Part shown: positions 58,205 through 60,230 of the stretch, in pieces | Position numbering within the stretch: position 1 is the first letter of the stretch | Layout of the letters: each line of letters starts with the position of its first letter | NCBI GenBank assembly: GCA_043798935.1 | Contig: JAZDOC010000005.1 | Location: forward strand, 1 to 60,230 | DNA: 60,230 bases | Direction: 5' to 3' | Source of the DNA: Patescibacteria group bacterium | GTDB taxonomy: Bacteria; Patescibacteriota; Patescibacteriia; UBA9570; JAHJKD01 | Made by a program: the position numbers and the translations under genes | The notes under the pieces: generated by a model | The model's input: the letters and a program-made list of their open reading frames with translations, nothing else | Database searches by the model: none | Told to the model about the DNA's origin: nothing

Positions 58205-58282
58205 TTAACAACAACACAAAGATCTCGGCTTATAGCAAAGATCGCTACAACAATTGTCGATATTAATGAATTTAAACTTCAT
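58205..58282 (-). CDS. Cys-rich 25-aa leader peptide ORF (MKFKFINIDNCCSDLCYKPRSLCCC)
   Basis: Manual translation. ATG at 58282-58280, TAA at 58207-58205. Cys codons at positions 11, 12, 16, 23, 24 and 25. Not in the ORF track (<60 aa). Confidence 0.55.
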   Translation of the reverse strand: MKFKFINIDNCCSDLCYKPRSLCCC

Positions 58283-58381
58283 GCTATTATTTTAACATTA
58301 TAATATAATAATGCAATATTTAATTTTACAAAAAGAATGTATTTATTATTACTGTCGACTTAAAAAACTAGAAGCTAATAT

Positions 58382-60082
58382 TTAATATGTCTCTTTATTA
58401 TAACAATCTTCACAATATATTAACTCTTTTCCGTTAGGAGAATAAGCGGTTTCAAACGACTTAATGCATTTCCCTGAATGATTATGATCAGGCTGAGTGC
58501 ACATGCATTCTCGCTTCCAGATGGCACGCGGGGTACATAATTGCATGCGGGCATAGCGTCGGCAATGATGGCAATTTTTTGGAATTGGCAAACCTTGTTT
58601 TTTATAAAAAGCTAATTCTTGAGGAATTATTTTGTAATTCTTTTGGCACGTTTTACAAGATAAGACTTGTTTACAAATATCATCTTCGACTTGATTAATA
58701 TCTAGTAGTACTCGATATTTTTGCGTTTGATTATTATTTTCCCTTTGATACCAGCGCCATTCTTTTTGCATAACACTGTCTTCTTTCATCGGAAAATAAT
58801 CTTGAGCAACAGTTTCATTATATGCGAAAATAGAATCAGCAATAGAAAATAATTCTCCCCACTCTCCACTCTTTTGCATGTAATTAATTATTTTTCTTTT
58901 CATTTTAAAATATTCATCTTTTGAATATTGCTTATTCAAAATACAATATTCTTGCTTATTCATAGAAACACAACCAAATAAATCATGCGAATCTCGACAA
59001 CGTTCGCAATAATCTAAATTATGAGATTTCCATATAAATAAACCAAAACGACAATTATTAATTCGATTTCCCCCCGATATTTCATAGCATAACTCAACAT
59101 TTTCGTTGTTAGATAAATCATAGCTGTCTTTTACTTCCTGGGCCTGATTAATATATTTACAATTGTCCAACTTATCAACGTCAAAACAATTAAAAGCATT
59201 ATTAGAATTATTAATATAATTACCACTCACTTGTTCGTTCTTAATACCGGTCATAAAAATGCGAGCATGTTTAAGCTTTTGTTCATTAAAATTTTTCCAT
59301 AAATACTTCACTTTTTCCGGATCACAGAAATCAATTTTAGAAGCAATTATTTTATATTCCTCTTCAGAATATTGTTTATTATTAATACAATAATTTTTAT
59401 TTCTAAGACCAGCACAACCCATGCAATCTGAACAACCTTTACAATCATAACAATACTTCGAATTATTAGAATCAAAACAATCCTGACAATAAAAACAATT
59501 ATATAAATTATCGGAATTAATACACTCATAACATAGTTCACTGTTTCTAAGAATTAAACTATCTACGCAACTAAAACAATTATAAGGATTACCATAATAA
59601 CAATCTTCACAATTAATCGATCCGGCAATTAAATAACAATTTTTGGAATAACCAATTACATTGCTATAATCACAATTTTCACAATCTTCAATTAGAATAT
59701 TGAATCTCGGTGTGCGATATTGAAGCTCTTTATATTGCTCAAAAAATGGTTGTGAAAAATCAAACTCTTTTCCGTAATCTCGAGCATCCCCGCCCACATC
59801 GCTACGCGAAGCGTTGCAGGCAGGCCATTTATCTGAATAAAAACAATCGCTACAATAAACAGTTAGAGGCAACACTCCGGAATAAGTTGAAAGTATCTTT
59901 TTCTTGCATAAATCGCATTCGTCATTATACAGCGATATTTCATTCCGGTGCGACATTCGGCGTTGAGCGCGGCAATCCGGGCAGAGTGTCGGCGTTGGCA
60001 CGTCTATCCGATCATAAAAAACTTGGTCAGTATCGGTTATTTTAAATGTTTTGTGACAATTTTTACATTGAATGTTTTTCAT
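58382..60082 (-). CDS. Cysteine-rich multi-zinc-ribbon protein (566 aa, about 47 Cys by my count)
   Basis: Related CxxC...FY...P.P..C..CR..R modules at both termini, and a central array of CxxC/NC repeats (NCEDC, NCFSC, LCYEC, NCFYCQDC, YCYDCKGCSDCMGC). Confidence 0.6.
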   Translation of the reverse strand: MKNIQCKNCHKTFKITDTDQVFYDRIDVPTPTLCPDCRAQRRMSHRNEISLYNDECDLCKKKILSTYSGVLPLTVYCSDCFYSDKWPACNASRSDVGGDARDYGKEFDFSQPFFEQYKELQYRTPRFNILIEDCENCDYSNVIGYSKNCYLIAGSINCEDCYYGNPYNCFSCVDSLILRNSELCYECINSDNLYNCFYCQDCFDSNNSKYCYDCKGCSDCMGCAGLRNKNYCINNKQYSEEEYKIIASKIDFCDPEKVKYLWKNFNEQKLKHARIFMTGIKNEQVSGNYINNSNNAFNCFDVDKLDNCKYINQAQEVKDSYDLSNNENVELCYEISGGNRINNCRFGLFIWKSHNLDYCERCRDSHDLFGCVSMNKQEYCILNKQYSKDEYFKMKRKIINYMQKSGEWGELFSIADSIFAYNETVAQDYFPMKEDSVMQKEWRWYQRENNNQTQKYRVLLDINQVEDDICKQVLSCKTCQKNYKIIPQELAFYKKQGLPIPKNCHHCRRYARMQLCTPRAIWKRECMCTQPDHNHSGKCIKSFETAYSPNGKELIYCEDCYNKETY

Positions 60083-60230
60083 AAATACACAGTATCAAAT
60101 TGCCAAAACGCGGTCAACTAGTCTTTGACATTTTATCGATTGAAGTAATTATGATGCTAGAGTTAGGTAAATATTTAAACCGAGATGTAAAATAATATTA
60201 TATATTAAAATAAAATACATTTATATTTAG

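Noticed and set aside
58205-58282. The Cys-rich 25-aa peptide as a RiPP precursor (SCIFF/ranthipeptide-like).
   Set aside because: No radical-SAM maturase, protease or exporter is adjacent. The ORF overlaps a precise terminator/antiterminator arrangement in front of cysK, which fits a leader peptide better. This is not fully excluded.

Overview
Visibly AT-rich, gene-dense bacterial chromosomal window, with most genes on the minus strand. The gene content suggests a Candidate Phyla Radiation/Patescibacteria-type genome, but this is inference with no rRNA in the window to confirm it. The supporting content is an archaeal-type UMP kinase, a short EF-Ts, a DUF5671-like membrane protein, a pseudopilin, several very large secreted repeat proteins and few biosynthetic genes.

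Housekeeping genes I recognise:
- Translation and transcription: efp, rpmG, tsf, rpsB, rpmE, prfA-prmC, greA.
- RNA modification: rlmN, thiI.
- Envelope and secretion: mltG, uppP, lepB.
- Other: lexA (partial, at the left edge), pyrH, cysK, and six tRNAs (Gly-CCC, Pro-CGG, Trp-CCA, Thr-UGU, Tyr-GUA, Thr-GGU).

Accessory and regulatory content:
- An ECF sigma/anti-sigma pair.
- An OmpR-type two-component system next to a MacAB/HlyD-like efflux operon.
- An XRE module.
- A DUF2779 nuclease-like gene.
- GIY-YIG genes.
- An orphan VirD4/TraD-like ATPase.

Most interesting observations:
1. A 25-codon ORF with 6 Cys codons, followed by a terminator/antiterminator switch, lies immediately upstream of cysK. 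It looks like a Cys-sensing leader-peptide attenuator, and it sits downstream of a 566-aa protein with about 47 cysteines.
2. A conserved two-hairpin element occurs twice, each time 5' of a tRNA gene and flanked by duplicated tRNA 5'/D-arm fragments. One copy carries a truncated GIY-YIG ORF whose stop codon lies inside tRNA-Tyr.
3. Shared AGTGAA direct-repeat boxes with 11-nt periodicity lie upstream of both the response-regulator gene and the efflux operon.
4. An XRE-HTH::DUF2156-like fusion protein.
5. GC-rich hairpin repeat families and a G-quadruplex motif in intergenic DNA.

No CRISPR array, rRNA gene or transposase was seen. All calls come from reading the sequence and from remembered family signatures. 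No database search was run.
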